Source: an uncultured delta proteobacterium
Lineage (GTDB): Bacteria > Desulfobacterota > Binatia > Binatales > Binataceae
Direction: 5' to 3'
Assembly (NCBI GenBank): GCA_963756155.1
Contig: CAVWMQ010000010.1
Location: forward strand, 8,102 to 72,101
DNA: 64,000 nucleotides
The position numbers were made by a program, and so were the translations under genes. The notes under the pieces were generated by a model. That model was not told where the DNA came from, ran no database searches, and saw only the letters and a program-made list of their open reading frames with translations. Positions 49,505-59,153 of this stretch are shown here, piece after piece (the stretch's first letter is position 1; every line of letters begins with the position of its first letter).

Positions 49505-50200
49505 ATGACGGTTAACCGCCGGCGTCCTGCGTGGCTCTCGATACTCGTTGCGAGCGTCGCCTCTGCTTTGTCGTTCTCATTGCCAGGTCTCGCCGTTCTC
49601 CCTGCTCGAGCCCAGAACTCGCCAACGCTGCAGGGCACCGTTACCAACAATGTTCCCGCGACGGCGCTCTCCAGAAACGACCTCGACACCAAGCACCAGA
49701 TCGACGAGGAAGACGATCAGCACGATGGCAACGACGCCGCTATCGACGGTGCGGTTCGCGCGGAGAACGTCGCGCATGATTACCACTTAGACCCGGACAC
49801 GGGTCTGGTCTCGCAGGATGGGAATCACTTCTATAGCGATATCGACCTTCACGGGGTTTATGATAGCGAGGGCAACGATGTCACGCGGCAGTTTTTCAAC
49901 GAGTTAATGAAAAATCCGCAGTACCGCGACGGCCCGCTACAGGACCTGATTCAGCATTATCCGCAGGATTGGTGGCAATTTAGAAATAACCCCGCGGTGG
50001 CGGGCACGAACTATGGCCACCAGGTAGGAGGCGGCAAGACCGCGACGGCTTATTTGCCGGACTCAACGGTGCGTCTGGATTCCATCGCACAGATGCGCGC
50101 GCTTTATGCTGAAAACCACATCAACTTTTCGTGGCTCTATCCCACCACTGATCGAGCCGTCATTGATGCGGCCGCTCGCGTCCAGGTCCGCCGCAATTGA
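49505..50200 (+). CDS. secreted hypothetical protein
   Basis: Signal peptide MTVNRRRPAWLSILVASVASALSFSLPGLAVLPARAQ. Acidic N-terminal region, then …QYRDGPLQDLIQHYPQDWWQFRNNPAVAGTNYGHQVGG… GC is lower than the genome average. The stop abuts the stop of the convergent gene. Confidence 0.5.
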   Translation: MTVNRRRPAWLSILVASVASALSFSLPGLAVLPARAQNSPTLQGTVTNNVPATALSRNDLDTKHQIDEEDDQHDGNDAAIDGAVRAENVAHDYHLDPDTGLVSQDGNHFYSDIDLHGVYDSEGNDVTRQFFNELMKNPQYRDGPLQDLIQHYPQDWWQFRNNPAVAGTNYGHQVGGGKTATAYLPDSTVRLDSIAQMRALYAENHINFSWLYPTTDRAVIDAAARVQVRRN

Positions 50201-50902
50201 CTAGTGATACTGCATATACCGCGTAATAGTCAGCGCGTCGGCGGAGCTCACCTTCTCGAGACCACCGTAGAAAAGCCGGACCGCGTTGCACTTCTCCTCC
50301 GCGGCCACACTCCCGGAAGTATTCGTCGCCATCGCCCGGATAGCGGCTTGATCGGTGGGCGATATCGTCGCCATCAGCCGGTCCATCGCGGCATTGAACT
50401 GAACCTGCGGCGCCGCCGGCATTGCCGGTTGGTTTTTTATCGTCGCGAGCGCAGCCATGTCGAAAAGCTGGGCCGATTGACGCTGCTGGTCGTCGGGCAG
50501 CGCTTCGATCGCGCGCACCAGCACGTCGCTATTCCCGCCCGACCACATTTCCGAACAGGCCTCCGCGTTGGCGCGCCGGACGAAGTCAGACCGCAGCCGA
50601 GCGATCGGGATCAGAGTCGGATCGTCGAGGCGCTGGAATCCCTGCACCGCTGCGAGCCGGACCACCCCCGCCACGTCGATATGCGAGGCATCGATATGCT
50701 GCGCGTTGGCCTCGCGCGCACCGGCCAACAGCAGCGCCTCGACGATGTCCGGGTAGCCCTTCTGCAGAGAAGTTTCGAAGACCGTGGGCGCGGTGCCGGA
50801 TTCGGTCGTGTCGGCGCCGGGCACCTTGTAGGTGCGCTGAACCACGAACCACAAGAGCACTAGCAGCGCGAGTACCGCTATCAAGGTCAGAAACCTTCCC
50901 AT
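50201..50902 (-). CDS. membrane-anchored hypothetical protein
   Basis: N-terminal TM helix MGRFLTLIAVLALLVLLWFVVQ, then a ~200-aa soluble domain with no family match. Confidence 0.5.
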   Translation of the reverse strand: MGRFLTLIAVLALLVLLWFVVQRTYKVPGADTTESGTAPTVFETSLQKGYPDIVEALLLAGAREANAQHIDASHIDVAGVVRLAAVQGFQRLDDPTLIPIARLRSDFVRRANAEACSEMWSGGNSDVLVRAIEALPDDQQRQSAQLFDMAALATIKNQPAMPAAPQVQFNAAMDRLMATISPTDQAAIRAMATNTSGSVAAEEKCNAVRLFYGGLEKVSSADALTITRYMQYH

Positions 50903-51163
50903 CGATCGGCTCTCGCCAAGGCGTCATTTGAATTCAACGATCGACAATCAGAACCGCGCAAAAAACCCGGCCACTCGGGTGCCGCTGGATTTCACGCGAG
51001 ATATCATTTCATCGAAACTAACTGCGAATCACAACTGCCGAATCAATTCCCGGATTGAATTCAAGCAGCGCCGCGCGATTGCGGCGGCAATACCTACTCG
51101 CTTGTGCCCGCGGCCGGCCATTTGCGGCGATCTCCCTCGGCCCGGCGCCGGAGGCGGTCGGGG

Positions 51164-52999
51164 TCAGGGAATCGGACAACTGCGCGCCAACGCGAACCTT
51201 GCTGAGAGCGTTTTGCCCTGACCTAAGCTGAAGTCATATTTGAAGCGAACATCGTAGGAACCATTTTCAAAGATAGGACCCAGAAATTGCAGTGTGCGAC
51301 CCGTGTCGAGGTCCAGATAGTAGGGGGCGTTGTTAAACTGTCCGCCGCTCGCGGGATGACGCGTCACGGCGAGGCTGCCGGCGGTCGGTCGGCCTTGGTA
51401 ATCGATTACCGCAACAATCATTCCGTCGGTGCGGTAGCGCGTCGTTGGACACCCTTCGGTTCCTGTGATCGTCGAACCCGGAGGATAGATTTTCGTTGCG
51501 GCCGGAAGCTTCGCTCGCGACCCCTGTCCGGTCACCGAGCCGTCCACAAACGCGAAACCGGTCAGGCTGGCGTTCGCGTCGGCGCTGGCAGAGAAGGACC
51601 GTGTCGCATCAGACACCTGCATCGACGGATATTTCACGTTGATCGTCAGATTCAGCGTGCCGGTTCGGTAGGGAAACTTCGCCGCGTCGTAGCTGAGTAG
51701 TCCGGAGGGTGCGTTGGGGTTGTTCGACAGTCCAACGCCCTCGCGCGGAGTGCCATTCGGGTTCAGCTCGAGCACATGGGTGCTGTCCTCGTCGTGAAAC
51801 ACCAGGATCGCGTAAGAACCGGGGTCTTGACTCTCGAAGTCGCATCCGGCGCGTCGATTGGTGATCGTCGACGCAGTGCTCGCCGCGTTCCCATCGGTGT
51901 TCGAGGGGAAGTCTTGGGCCGACTCAAACAGCTGGCAATAGACCTGCCCCCGGTTGTTTCGCAGCCCCGCGATCTCGACATGGATAAGGTTGTCGGATTG
52001 ACCTCCTTCCTCCTCCTGGTCGGAGTTGGCAAGTCTTGCGTCGTTTTGATCTGGCAACTCGGCTAGAACGACACCCTGCTCGTCGAGTGCCGAATCGATG
52101 ACCCATTCGGTGCCGAAGACCCCGATGCTACCGGCGGCATATGAGCCGCGGCCATAATTTTCGAGATGCGCGCTTTTGATCCGCTTACCGCGCAGCCCTT
52201 TTGCTCGCAGTTTCGCCACCGCTGCGGGTAGATCCATAAAGCTCGCAGGTAACGCACGTTGATCCCTGGGATCGGCGCTGGAGCCGGGCATCAACTCGCT
52301 GGCGGGCGAATTAGGCATAAGGGTGAGCGTCTGCTGCTGTCCGGGAGAGAAGAAGTTGAACTCGACCAGCACACCCCCCTGCGGGGATTGCGCATTGCTG
52401 ATACTGGAGGTCAGCTCCATCTGGATCGACGTCAGGAAGGCGTCGGGTTGCCATTTGGTCCGAACGTACGCGAGTGCACGCTGCGCGATCGCCGGCACGT
52501 CTCCGATCGGCCATTGGACTTGCTCCGGGAGCACCTGGCTTGCGGCCGCGCTCCGCATTGGGGCCTCGGACGAACTGCGGGTCCACTCGATATCGGCGCC
52601 GGGGGCGGTTCGGGTCGTCATATGTTTGCTGCCTTCGAGGCGAAACGCACCGACCATCCCCGAGATGCTGCCCCCCATGATCATGAACGTGCCGCTGTCC
52701 TTGCCGGTGACGTAAAGGTTTGGCGCAAAGGTACCGTTTGGCAGGCTCGTAATAGTGGCCTGCTGACTAGTCAGCGGCATCGGGCACGAATCGCCGTAGG
52801 CGATCTGCCCCGTATCGCCAATTTCCATCACGCATCGCTGACGTTGGCCGGCCGGGTTGGAAATTTCCGCCTGCCACCGGCCCACGGTCGTACTCTTCGC
52901 TGGCGCCGATGTATCGGACTCGGAATGTCGGCACCCCCAGATACCGGCGGCGATCACGATCGCGAGACTAAAGCGTACGATCGCGCTCATTTGGGACAA
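51164..52999 (-). CDS. large lipoprotein of unknown function with DUF2141-like segment
   Basis: Signal/lipobox (…AIVIAAGIWGC). 611 aa. The segment …IHVEIAGLRNNRGQVYCQLFESAQDFPSN… resembles the DUF2141 pattern as I remember it. Many Gly/Ser/Thr-rich beta-like regions. Confidence 0.55.
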   Translation of the reverse strand: MSQMSAIVRFSLAIVIAAGIWGCRHSESDTSAPAKSTTVGRWQAEISNPAGQRQRCVMEIGDTGQIAYGDSCPMPLTSQQATITSLPNGTFAPNLYVTGKDSGTFMIMGGSISGMVGAFRLEGSKHMTTRTAPGADIEWTRSSSEAPMRSAAASQVLPEQVQWPIGDVPAIAQRALAYVRTKWQPDAFLTSIQMELTSSISNAQSPQGGVLVEFNFFSPGQQQTLTLMPNSPASELMPGSSADPRDQRALPASFMDLPAAVAKLRAKGLRGKRIKSAHLENYGRGSYAAGSIGVFGTEWVIDSALDEQGVVLAELPDQNDARLANSDQEEEGGQSDNLIHVEIAGLRNNRGQVYCQLFESAQDFPSNTDGNAASTASTITNRRAGCDFESQDPGSYAILVFHDEDSTHVLELNPNGTPREGVGLSNNPNAPSGLLSYDAAKFPYRTGTLNLTINVKYPSMQVSDATRSFSASADANASLTGFAFVDGSVTGQGSRAKLPAATKIYPPGSTITGTEGCPTTRYRTDGMIVAVIDYQGRPTAGSLAVTRHPASGGQFNNAPYYLDLDTGRTLQFLGPIFENGSYDVRFKYDFSLGQGKTLSARFALARSCPIP

Positions 53000-53330
53000 T
53001 AGGACTCGGCGTAGGACTGAATGGCAGATGAACGGGTGATCTCTCTTTGCCGTGGCCCTAAGCTCCTGCGATAGGGTGGTGAGCGCCGCTCTCAGCCAGC
53101 GCCTTCAAAGACAATAATCCTGTAGGCGTTGAGAAATCTACGCCGGTTCCAATCACGTCCCCGCCAAAGTGCCAGATAGGAAAAGAAGTGCTGATGCAAT
53201 TCCGCAACCGAAGCGAGTCGGCACCGAAGACCTTCATCTGCCCCGAAATTTCTCCGGTCCCCTCAGGCAGCAAAAAATCCGCGCACCTGCGGACTATTGT
53301 CGAGTTTCCTGCGGAGATAGCGAAATATGG

Positions 53331-53386
53331 AGACTGCTTGGCGGTGAGGGTGGGATTTGAACCGTCGCGCCCCTTGATTTTCAGCG
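53331..53386 (-). repeat. partial copy D of the repeat family (tRNA-Ser-like 3' terminus module only)
   Basis: Plus gactgcttggcggtgagggtgggatttgaaccgtcgcgccccttgattttcagcgg. The minus strand ends …GGTTCAAATCCCACCCTCACCGCCA. By my memory this is identical to the 3' end of enterobacterial tRNA-Ser(GCU) (…CCCTCACCGCCA). Confidence 0.55.
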
Positions 53387-53776
53387 GTTTGGTGCCGGTG
53401 CGCGGATCGAGCTGGACGCGCTCAGTGGTGGGCGAATACTAGAGGCCTTGTCCCGACTAACCGCGCGGCGGCCTGCGCACCGCCCTGCGGGCGATCGCGC
53501 GTGAGCGCGACTGCTGGCGGCGGCCGTCCTACGAGCGCTGGTTGATCAGATCGATCATCGCCTGCTGACAGTCGCCGGAGTCCGAAGTGCGCTGATAGCT
53601 GCGGTCCGGGCGCATCTGCCAGGCGCATCGATTGGGCGCGAGCTGGCTGTCGGGCACCGCGCGCCAGCTCCTTGCGCAGGGCAGGATCCTCAACGGGCGC
53701 AAGCGCTTCGACCCAGGGCCGCCGGCGGCTTTCTTACCGCCTGCTGACCCTGAGTCGTTCACAAGGAAAATCTACC

Positions 53777-54454
53777 TTAGTGGCCAGTCGTTCGCTTATA
53801 GCTGATGAGCGCGAAGTTGAGTTCCTGCGGTGACGAGGACTCCGCCTTGACGAAAAAGCCCACCGGCTCTGGGGCGTACCACAATGTTGTCCGATCGCTC
53901 GGGCCGTGGCGCGAGTCGATGCGATAGGCTTCGTACGTCCCTGCCGGCACGGTCACCCTCTCGACTCCAACCACCGTTCCAGTGCCCGTTAGTGGAATGA
54001 ACTCGCCGCCAGCAGTCGACGCGGCATAGATAACTGTCCAAGTCTTGCCGATCGTCAGCGGAAAGTTGGCACTCTGATCGCACGGACGAAAGCGCGTCAA
54101 CGTGTTATTGACCTGAAATTGCGTCGGGCACATGTGCGAGTCCAACTCCATCGTGAAAGCGCCGGCATCCGATTGAGGCGTTTGCTTGCTGGCGAATACG
54201 ACGGAATCGCCGTCGTGCTTCACAACCAGGTCCACGTCGCCCGGAAGCTGAAGGCCTGATGCGGTATCCGTCGGGAAACGAATCGCGAAGTCGTCGCCGT
54301 CCGTAAACGTGGGCGCATTGACTGCCGGGCTGCCCGCCGCTATCGACGTGGCCGGCGCAGGAGTGCCGCCCGAAGGCGCCGCCCCCTGCTGGCCGGCACA
54401 TCCCCCCGTAAGAACAGTTACTGCCAGCACAAAGACGATCAATGGCGCGCGCAC
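53777..54454 (-). CDS. lipoprotein of unknown function
   Basis: MRAPLIVFVLAVTVLTGGCAG (lipobox), then a 200-aa domain with no family match. Confidence 0.55.
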   Translation of the reverse strand: MRAPLIVFVLAVTVLTGGCAGQQGAAPSGGTPAPATSIAAGSPAVNAPTFTDGDDFAIRFPTDTASGLQLPGDVDLVVKHDGDSVVFASKQTPQSDAGAFTMELDSHMCPTQFQVNNTLTRFRPCDQSANFPLTIGKTWTVIYAASTAGGEFIPLTGTGTVVGVERVTVPAGTYEAYRIDSRHGPSDRTTLWYAPEPVGFFVKAESSSPQELNFALISYKRTTGH

Positions 54455-54725
54455 GTTGGCCTCCTCAAGGGCGTAGCGATGAAGTGAGGCCCGGTATACT
54501 GCCGTCCGGCGCAGTGATGCAACTGCTGAGCGCGGAAGAGAGTCCCAGCTCTGGGTCTGGCTCTACCGATTGTGGCCGCGCTGTCAGGAGGGCGATGGTG
54601 TTGGTGAAGCCGGCCACGGTTGTCCGATGGCATCGTCAGGGCTTCCGCTTGTTTTGGCGATGGCGTTCGAGATCAGTGCGGCCGTCAGCCATGCCCCGCT
54701 CAGTAAAAAGCAGCACCGTATTCCC

Positions 54726-55262
54726 TCAGCGCCGCTCGGTGTCTGTGTCGCGCTTGTTCGCGAATACATGGTAGGCGGTGCTGTCCCATGCGTTGTGGAT
54801 GCCGATGAAGAGTAACAAGAGCGCCGCGGCTCCGACGCCAAACAGGGCTTCGCGCGTGCGGGAGGGAGCCGCGAATGCCGATAGCGCGAGCATCGCGTAC
54901 GCCGCCAGAGGTAGCAGAGCGTGAAATAGCCAGTCCTCGAACTCCGGTTGGTATACGGTTTGCCGACGAATCCGCCCAGTTACGATGAGCGCGTATGCTA
55001 CCCCGCTAGAGGCCGATAAGGCCGCAAAGAGCTGCGGCGGGAATGATCGATTGCCATGGAACTCGTAGGAGTGTCGACAAAAGCAACGCGGTGCTGAAGT
55101 GAATGATTGTCGGCGTGGCAAATGCGGCGCCGGCCTCCGCCACACGCAGTGGAGGACTCGCGGCAACGAGCGTCATAACGACGAACTGCAATCCGATCAG
55201 GGCGCCTGCGGCCGAGCCGACGATTACGTAGAAACTGTCCCATGCGGTGAGCGCTGACATAT
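54726..55262 (-). pseudogene. polytopic membrane protein gene split by a frameshift (two overlapping minus-strand frames)
   Basis: The listed ORF 55006..55383 (…MSALTAWDSFYVIVGSAAGALIGLQFVVMTLVAASPP…IIPAAALCGLIGL*) and the listed ORF 54726..55166 (…LFAALSASSGVAYALIVTGRIRR…LLPLAAYAMLALSAFAAP…GVGAAALLLLFIGIHNAWD…) are both TM-rich. They overlap by about 40 nt in different frames. A single-nt indel near 55010-55045 would join them into one ~180-aa protein. Confidence 0.45.
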
Positions 55263-55320
55263 CGACAAACTGGGAGCATACATCTCCTGGCGCGTAGCGC
55301 GGAACCGGATCCGAACGTGG

Positions 55321-55760
55321 CGCCGCGCTCCGTACGCAGATGCCGTCTACGGCTGGACGAGCTAGGGCACAGCAGCGCAGCATTGCACTTCGAGCAGCAG
55401 CCCCGGGACCATCAGCGCGGAGACGCCGATCGTCGCGCTCGTATATGTGGGTCTGGTCAGGAGGTTTTTTCTGACTTCGACATAGCGCTGCCCGTTGCGC
55501 GAAAGATCAACGACAAAGCTCGTCATCTAGAGAATCTGATCCAGCCCGGATCCTGCCGCCCGCAGCACCGCTTCGATGTTCTGGTAGGTCTTCGCAGTCT
55601 GCTTCTCGATGTCTTCGCCCACGATCCGGCCTTGCGGGTCGAGAGCGGAGATGCCCGAAAGGTACAGCACGTCGCGATAGCGCACGCAGTTGGTGAAACC
55701 GAACCGCTCCTACTGCAGTATCCCAGTCGTAGGAACGACTTGTATCATCGACGTGCCTCC
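55321..55760 (-). pseudogene. RidA/YjgF-family gene interrupted by two in-frame TAG codons
   Basis: Minus-strand reading: MIQVVPTTGILQ * ERFGFTNCVRYRDVLYLSGISALDPQGRIVGEDIEKQTAKTYQNIEAVLRAAGSGLDQIL * MTSFVVDLSRNGQRYVEVRKNLLTRPTYTSATIGVSALMVPGLLLEVQCCAAVP. It is colinear with RidA over the full length (…SGQ…DP.TG…QT…L.NI.A.LEAAG…KTTVF…PAR..V.V..LP.G…EIE). TAG stops sit at about 55721 and 55528. Confidence 0.6.
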
Positions 55761-55992
55761 TGTTTCGTGGTGCTGGAATATATTGGCTGAAGCCGGACCA
55801 TCTGAAGAACAAACCAGGCTCCACAATCGCGGGAAGGACACCGGCTGAGAACGGCGGGTCGAAAACCCTCGGGCCGCTGGGGATTCGCCAAGGCGTGATA
55901 TCCGGCAGCAGCTGTAAGGGCGCGGAGGTGATAGCCCTGATTCAGGCCGAGTGCCAGGGAAAGGGTTTCCGAGCCGAACGGAGGGTTTAGTC

Positions 55993-56808
55993 ATGGATGA
56001 AACGCACGAATTTGAGACGATCAAGGTCGCAGTCGATGGCGCCCTGGGCAGACTGACTCTCAACCGGCCCGAACGGCTGAATGCAATCGGCGCGACAATG
56101 CTCCGTGAGCTGGCGGAGGCCGCGCGCTGGTTCGATACGCATCATGATCTACGGGTTGTAATCGTGAGCGGAGCGGGCCGCGCATTCTCCGCCGGCGCCG
56201 ATCTCAAAGATTCACCACTGGCGCAAAGCGCTCCAACGTCGCGCAGATCGTGGCTCGCACGACGCGAAGGCGGGCAACTGGGACTGCGCGCCGCCGACGC
56301 GCTCGAGAACATGCACGCGGTGACGATCGCGCAAGTTCATGGCTACGCGGTCGGCGGCGGAGTCGTGCTGACGGCGGTATGCGATCTGCGGGTCGTTGCC
56401 GACGACGCATCGTTCTTTATTCCCGAGGTTGAGCTGGGGATTCCGCTAGCGTGGGGCGGTATCCCGCGCCTGGTGCGCGAAATAGGGCCGGCGCTCACCA
56501 AGGAGCTGGTGATGACATGTCGGCGATTCAGTCCCGAGGAAGCCAAATCGATCGGCTTCGTGAACCGCGTCGTGCCGCCCACTCGATTGAAAGACGAAGT
56601 AGAAGAACTCGCGCTGCAGTTGATTGCGATGCCGTCGGTACCGGTAGCGATTACCAAAGAGCACGTCAATTCGGTGGTGCGTGCGATGTCCGCGGGAACG
56701 ACATCGTTTGCCGACGGTGACGTGCTGCTCGGTTCGTTCGGCGAGGAAGAGTCGCGTGCTGCCGCGGCCGCTTATCGCGAAAAAACCTTTGGCAAAGAAA
56801 GGCCCTGA
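55993..56808 (+). CDS. enoyl-CoA hydratase/isomerase (crotonase) family protein
   Basis: MDETHEFETIKVAVDGALGRLTLNRPERLNAIGATMLRELAEAARWFDTHHDLRVVIVSGAGRAFSAGADLKD…AQVHGYAVGGGVVLTAVCDLRVV… carries the crotonase signature. Confidence 0.85.
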   Translation: MDETHEFETIKVAVDGALGRLTLNRPERLNAIGATMLRELAEAARWFDTHHDLRVVIVSGAGRAFSAGADLKDSPLAQSAPTSRRSWLARREGGQLGLRAADALENMHAVTIAQVHGYAVGGGVVLTAVCDLRVVADDASFFIPEVELGIPLAWGGIPRLVREIGPALTKELVMTCRRFSPEEAKSIGFVNRVVPPTRLKDEVEELALQLIAMPSVPVAITKEHVNSVVRAMSAGTTSFADGDVLLGSFGEEESRAAAAAYREKTFGKERP

Positions 56809-56924
56809 TTGCTTCGAAGGGTTTGACGGGAGACCCTCCGCCGTGCGTGATTACAGCAAACGATCAGGTTGCCACGCGGAGCGTCGACGCATTGATAGCG
56901 ATCGATCGCACAGGAGGCGCGGCC

Positions 56925-58163
56925 ATGGTGGACGATCTCGATTTGACCAATCTCGATTTGTTCCTCGCGGGCGATCCACACTCGGTATGGAAGGAGCTTC
57001 GCGCCACTGATCCGGTCCACTGGACCGAGCGGCAGAACAAAAGAGGCTTCTGGTCGATCACCAAACATGCCGACGCGCAGCGCGTTTATCGCGATCCGGC
57101 GACCTTCAGCTCGCGGGGCGGGGTCGCGCTCGGATCTGCCGACGCGCAGGATCCAACTCAGCCGCAGATGCAATCCGGCTTCGGCCAGATGATGATCCTC
57201 ACCGATCCTCCGCGTCATGGCCGCATGCGCCAGATGCTGAACCGGCGTTTCACGCCGCGCGCACTGGCGCCGCATGAGCCGCACATCCGGGCGATAACGA
57301 CTGAGATCCTCGATGCGATCGCCGAGCAGGGCCGCTGCGACCTGGTGGTCGATGTCGCGGCGAAGTTGCCCACCGCAGTTATCTGCGAGATGCTCGCCAT
57401 CCCACGCGAGGATTGGGACCTCATGTTCGCGCTCGGCAACATGACGCTAGGCAGCGAAGATCCCGAGTACCAGGTCGATGGATCTTCGCAGAAGACCAGT
57501 GCGCAGGCGCAAAAGGAGATATTCAGCTACTTCATGAAGCTGATCGGCGAGCGCCGCAGCAATCCCGGCCCCGACCTGGTCAGCGCGCTCGTCAACGGCG
57601 AAATCGACGGGGATCGCCTGACCGACGTGGAGGTTCTCTTCAACTGCTTCCTGCTGATACTCGGCGGCCAGGAGACCACTCGCAATGCGATAAGCGGTGG
57701 CATGAACGCGCTGATGCGCAATCCGTCCGATCGCGAGCGGCTCTCGCGCGACGCTTCGCTGATGCCGTCGGCGATTGAGGAAATCCTGCGCTGGACTTCA
57801 CCGATCACGCACATAATGCGCACCGCTACGCGCGAGGTCGAAATCCGGGGGCGCACTATTCAGCAAGGCGCTCGCGTGGTCATCTGGAATCCTTCCGGAA
57901 ATCGCGATGAGGAAGTGTTCGATGATCCTTACCGTTTCGATATCGCTCGCCAGCCAAACGACCATATCGCGTTCGGGTACGGCGAACATTTCTGCATTGG
58001 CGCCAACCTGGCCCGCCTGGAAATGCGCGTGATGCTGGACGAGCTATTGCGGCGCATGCCCGACATGGCGCCCGCCGGGCCGGTCGAGCGGCTGCGCTCC
58101 AACCTGCTTGCCGGCATCAAGCATCTGCCGGTCACATTCAGTCCGGCCAAGCGCGCAGCCTGA
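56925..58163 (+). CDS. cytochrome P450
   Basis: …EILRWTSPI… (ExxR)…FGYGEHFCIGANLARLEM (heme-binding FxxGxHxCxG). I-helix LLILGGQETT. ATG at 56925. Confidence 0.9.
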   Translation: MVDDLDLTNLDLFLAGDPHSVWKELRATDPVHWTERQNKRGFWSITKHADAQRVYRDPATFSSRGGVALGSADAQDPTQPQMQSGFGQMMILTDPPRHGRMRQMLNRRFTPRALAPHEPHIRAITTEILDAIAEQGRCDLVVDVAAKLPTAVICEMLAIPREDWDLMFALGNMTLGSEDPEYQVDGSSQKTSAQAQKEIFSYFMKLIGERRSNPGPDLVSALVNGEIDGDRLTDVEVLFNCFLLILGGQETTRNAISGGMNALMRNPSDRERLSRDASLMPSAIEEILRWTSPITHIMRTATREVEIRGRTIQQGARVVIWNPSGNRDEEVFDDPYRFDIARQPNDHIAFGYGEHFCIGANLARLEMRVMLDELLRRMPDMAPAGPVERLRSNLLAGIKHLPVTFSPAKRAA

Positions 58164-58367
58164 TCGCCGCGGCCGCTGATCGCGGAAAAGCCTTTGGCAA
58201 GGAAGGCCCTGGTTAAATCCGCGAGCCTCCCGCGTCGACATCCGAGCGGCCGACCGAATCTTATAGCTGGCCGCCGGGGATCACGCCCTGGCGAATCGCC
58301 TCGACCTGCTCGGCGGAGAACGGCGGGTCGAAAACCTCGGACCGCTGGTGATAGACGCGGAAGAGGT

Positions 58368-58559
58368 AACCCTCGGTGGCGGAGACGGTGGGATTTGAAC
58401 CGTCGCGCCCCTTGATTTTCAGCGGGTTGCGCTCGGATCCGATTGCGCGCCGGCGCGCTCGGGTGCTCTCTCGAAGCGAACGTTCTGCGCTCGATTCCAA
58501 CGTCCGCTCATCAGAAATCCCGATACCTGGCCTCCCGGGTCGCGACTGAAACGAACAGC
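58368..58559 (-). repeat. copy B of ~190-bp repeat family with tRNA-Ser-like 3' terminus
   Basis: Plus tggcggagacggtgggatttgaaccgtcgcgccccttgattttcagcgggttgcgctcggatccgattgcgcgccggcgcgctcgggtgctctctcgaagcgaacgttctgcgctcgattccaacgtccgctcatcagaaatcccgatacctggcctcccgggtcgcgactgaaacgaacagc. The minus strand ends …CGACGGTTCAAATCCCACCGTCTCCGCCA. Confidence 0.65.
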
Positions 58560-59153
58560 CTAACCAGCGCCTTGAACTCGGCAGCGGCGCGTTCAACGCG
58601 CTCTGCTGTGAAGAAATGCGGCGCAAACGCGTCCCAGAACGCGTCGTCTGCCCACCACGAAGCCATCGCTTAACCTGACGGGCTAACATAGGGGAGGGCG
58701 TCGAGTTTCTCATGCGCGCAGGCAGGATCTGGCCGCGCCCGTGGAGCGGCCACCGAAGTCAAAGCCTAACGAATCCGGTGAGCCCTGATTAGCCCGCCTA
58801 GCGTGGCCTGCTAGCAGTCAGCTACATTCAGGCCGCGGGCCTGGAGATTAAACTGTCGCGCAAAGGGGGAGGACGCACCAGTGAGAATTCAGAAGGTAGC
58901 GCCTTTGTCGCTAACCCCGAAAGCCCGCATCGAGGCTGCGGCTCCTATACCGGTCAAAGGGTTTTTGGCGCACGAGCAGAAATCGAAAATCACCAGGTCC
59001 GGGGCCTCAATATAGAGTGAAGGGAATCGGAACTTTGCAAGAAGAGTGAACACCGTTTCGGGGGACGCCTGCGAAGCGCCGGGGACAACTGGGCAATGGT
59101 GATACGGCTATCTTTGTTCGACGCGGCAAAGTGTAAATCTCGTATAAAATCTC

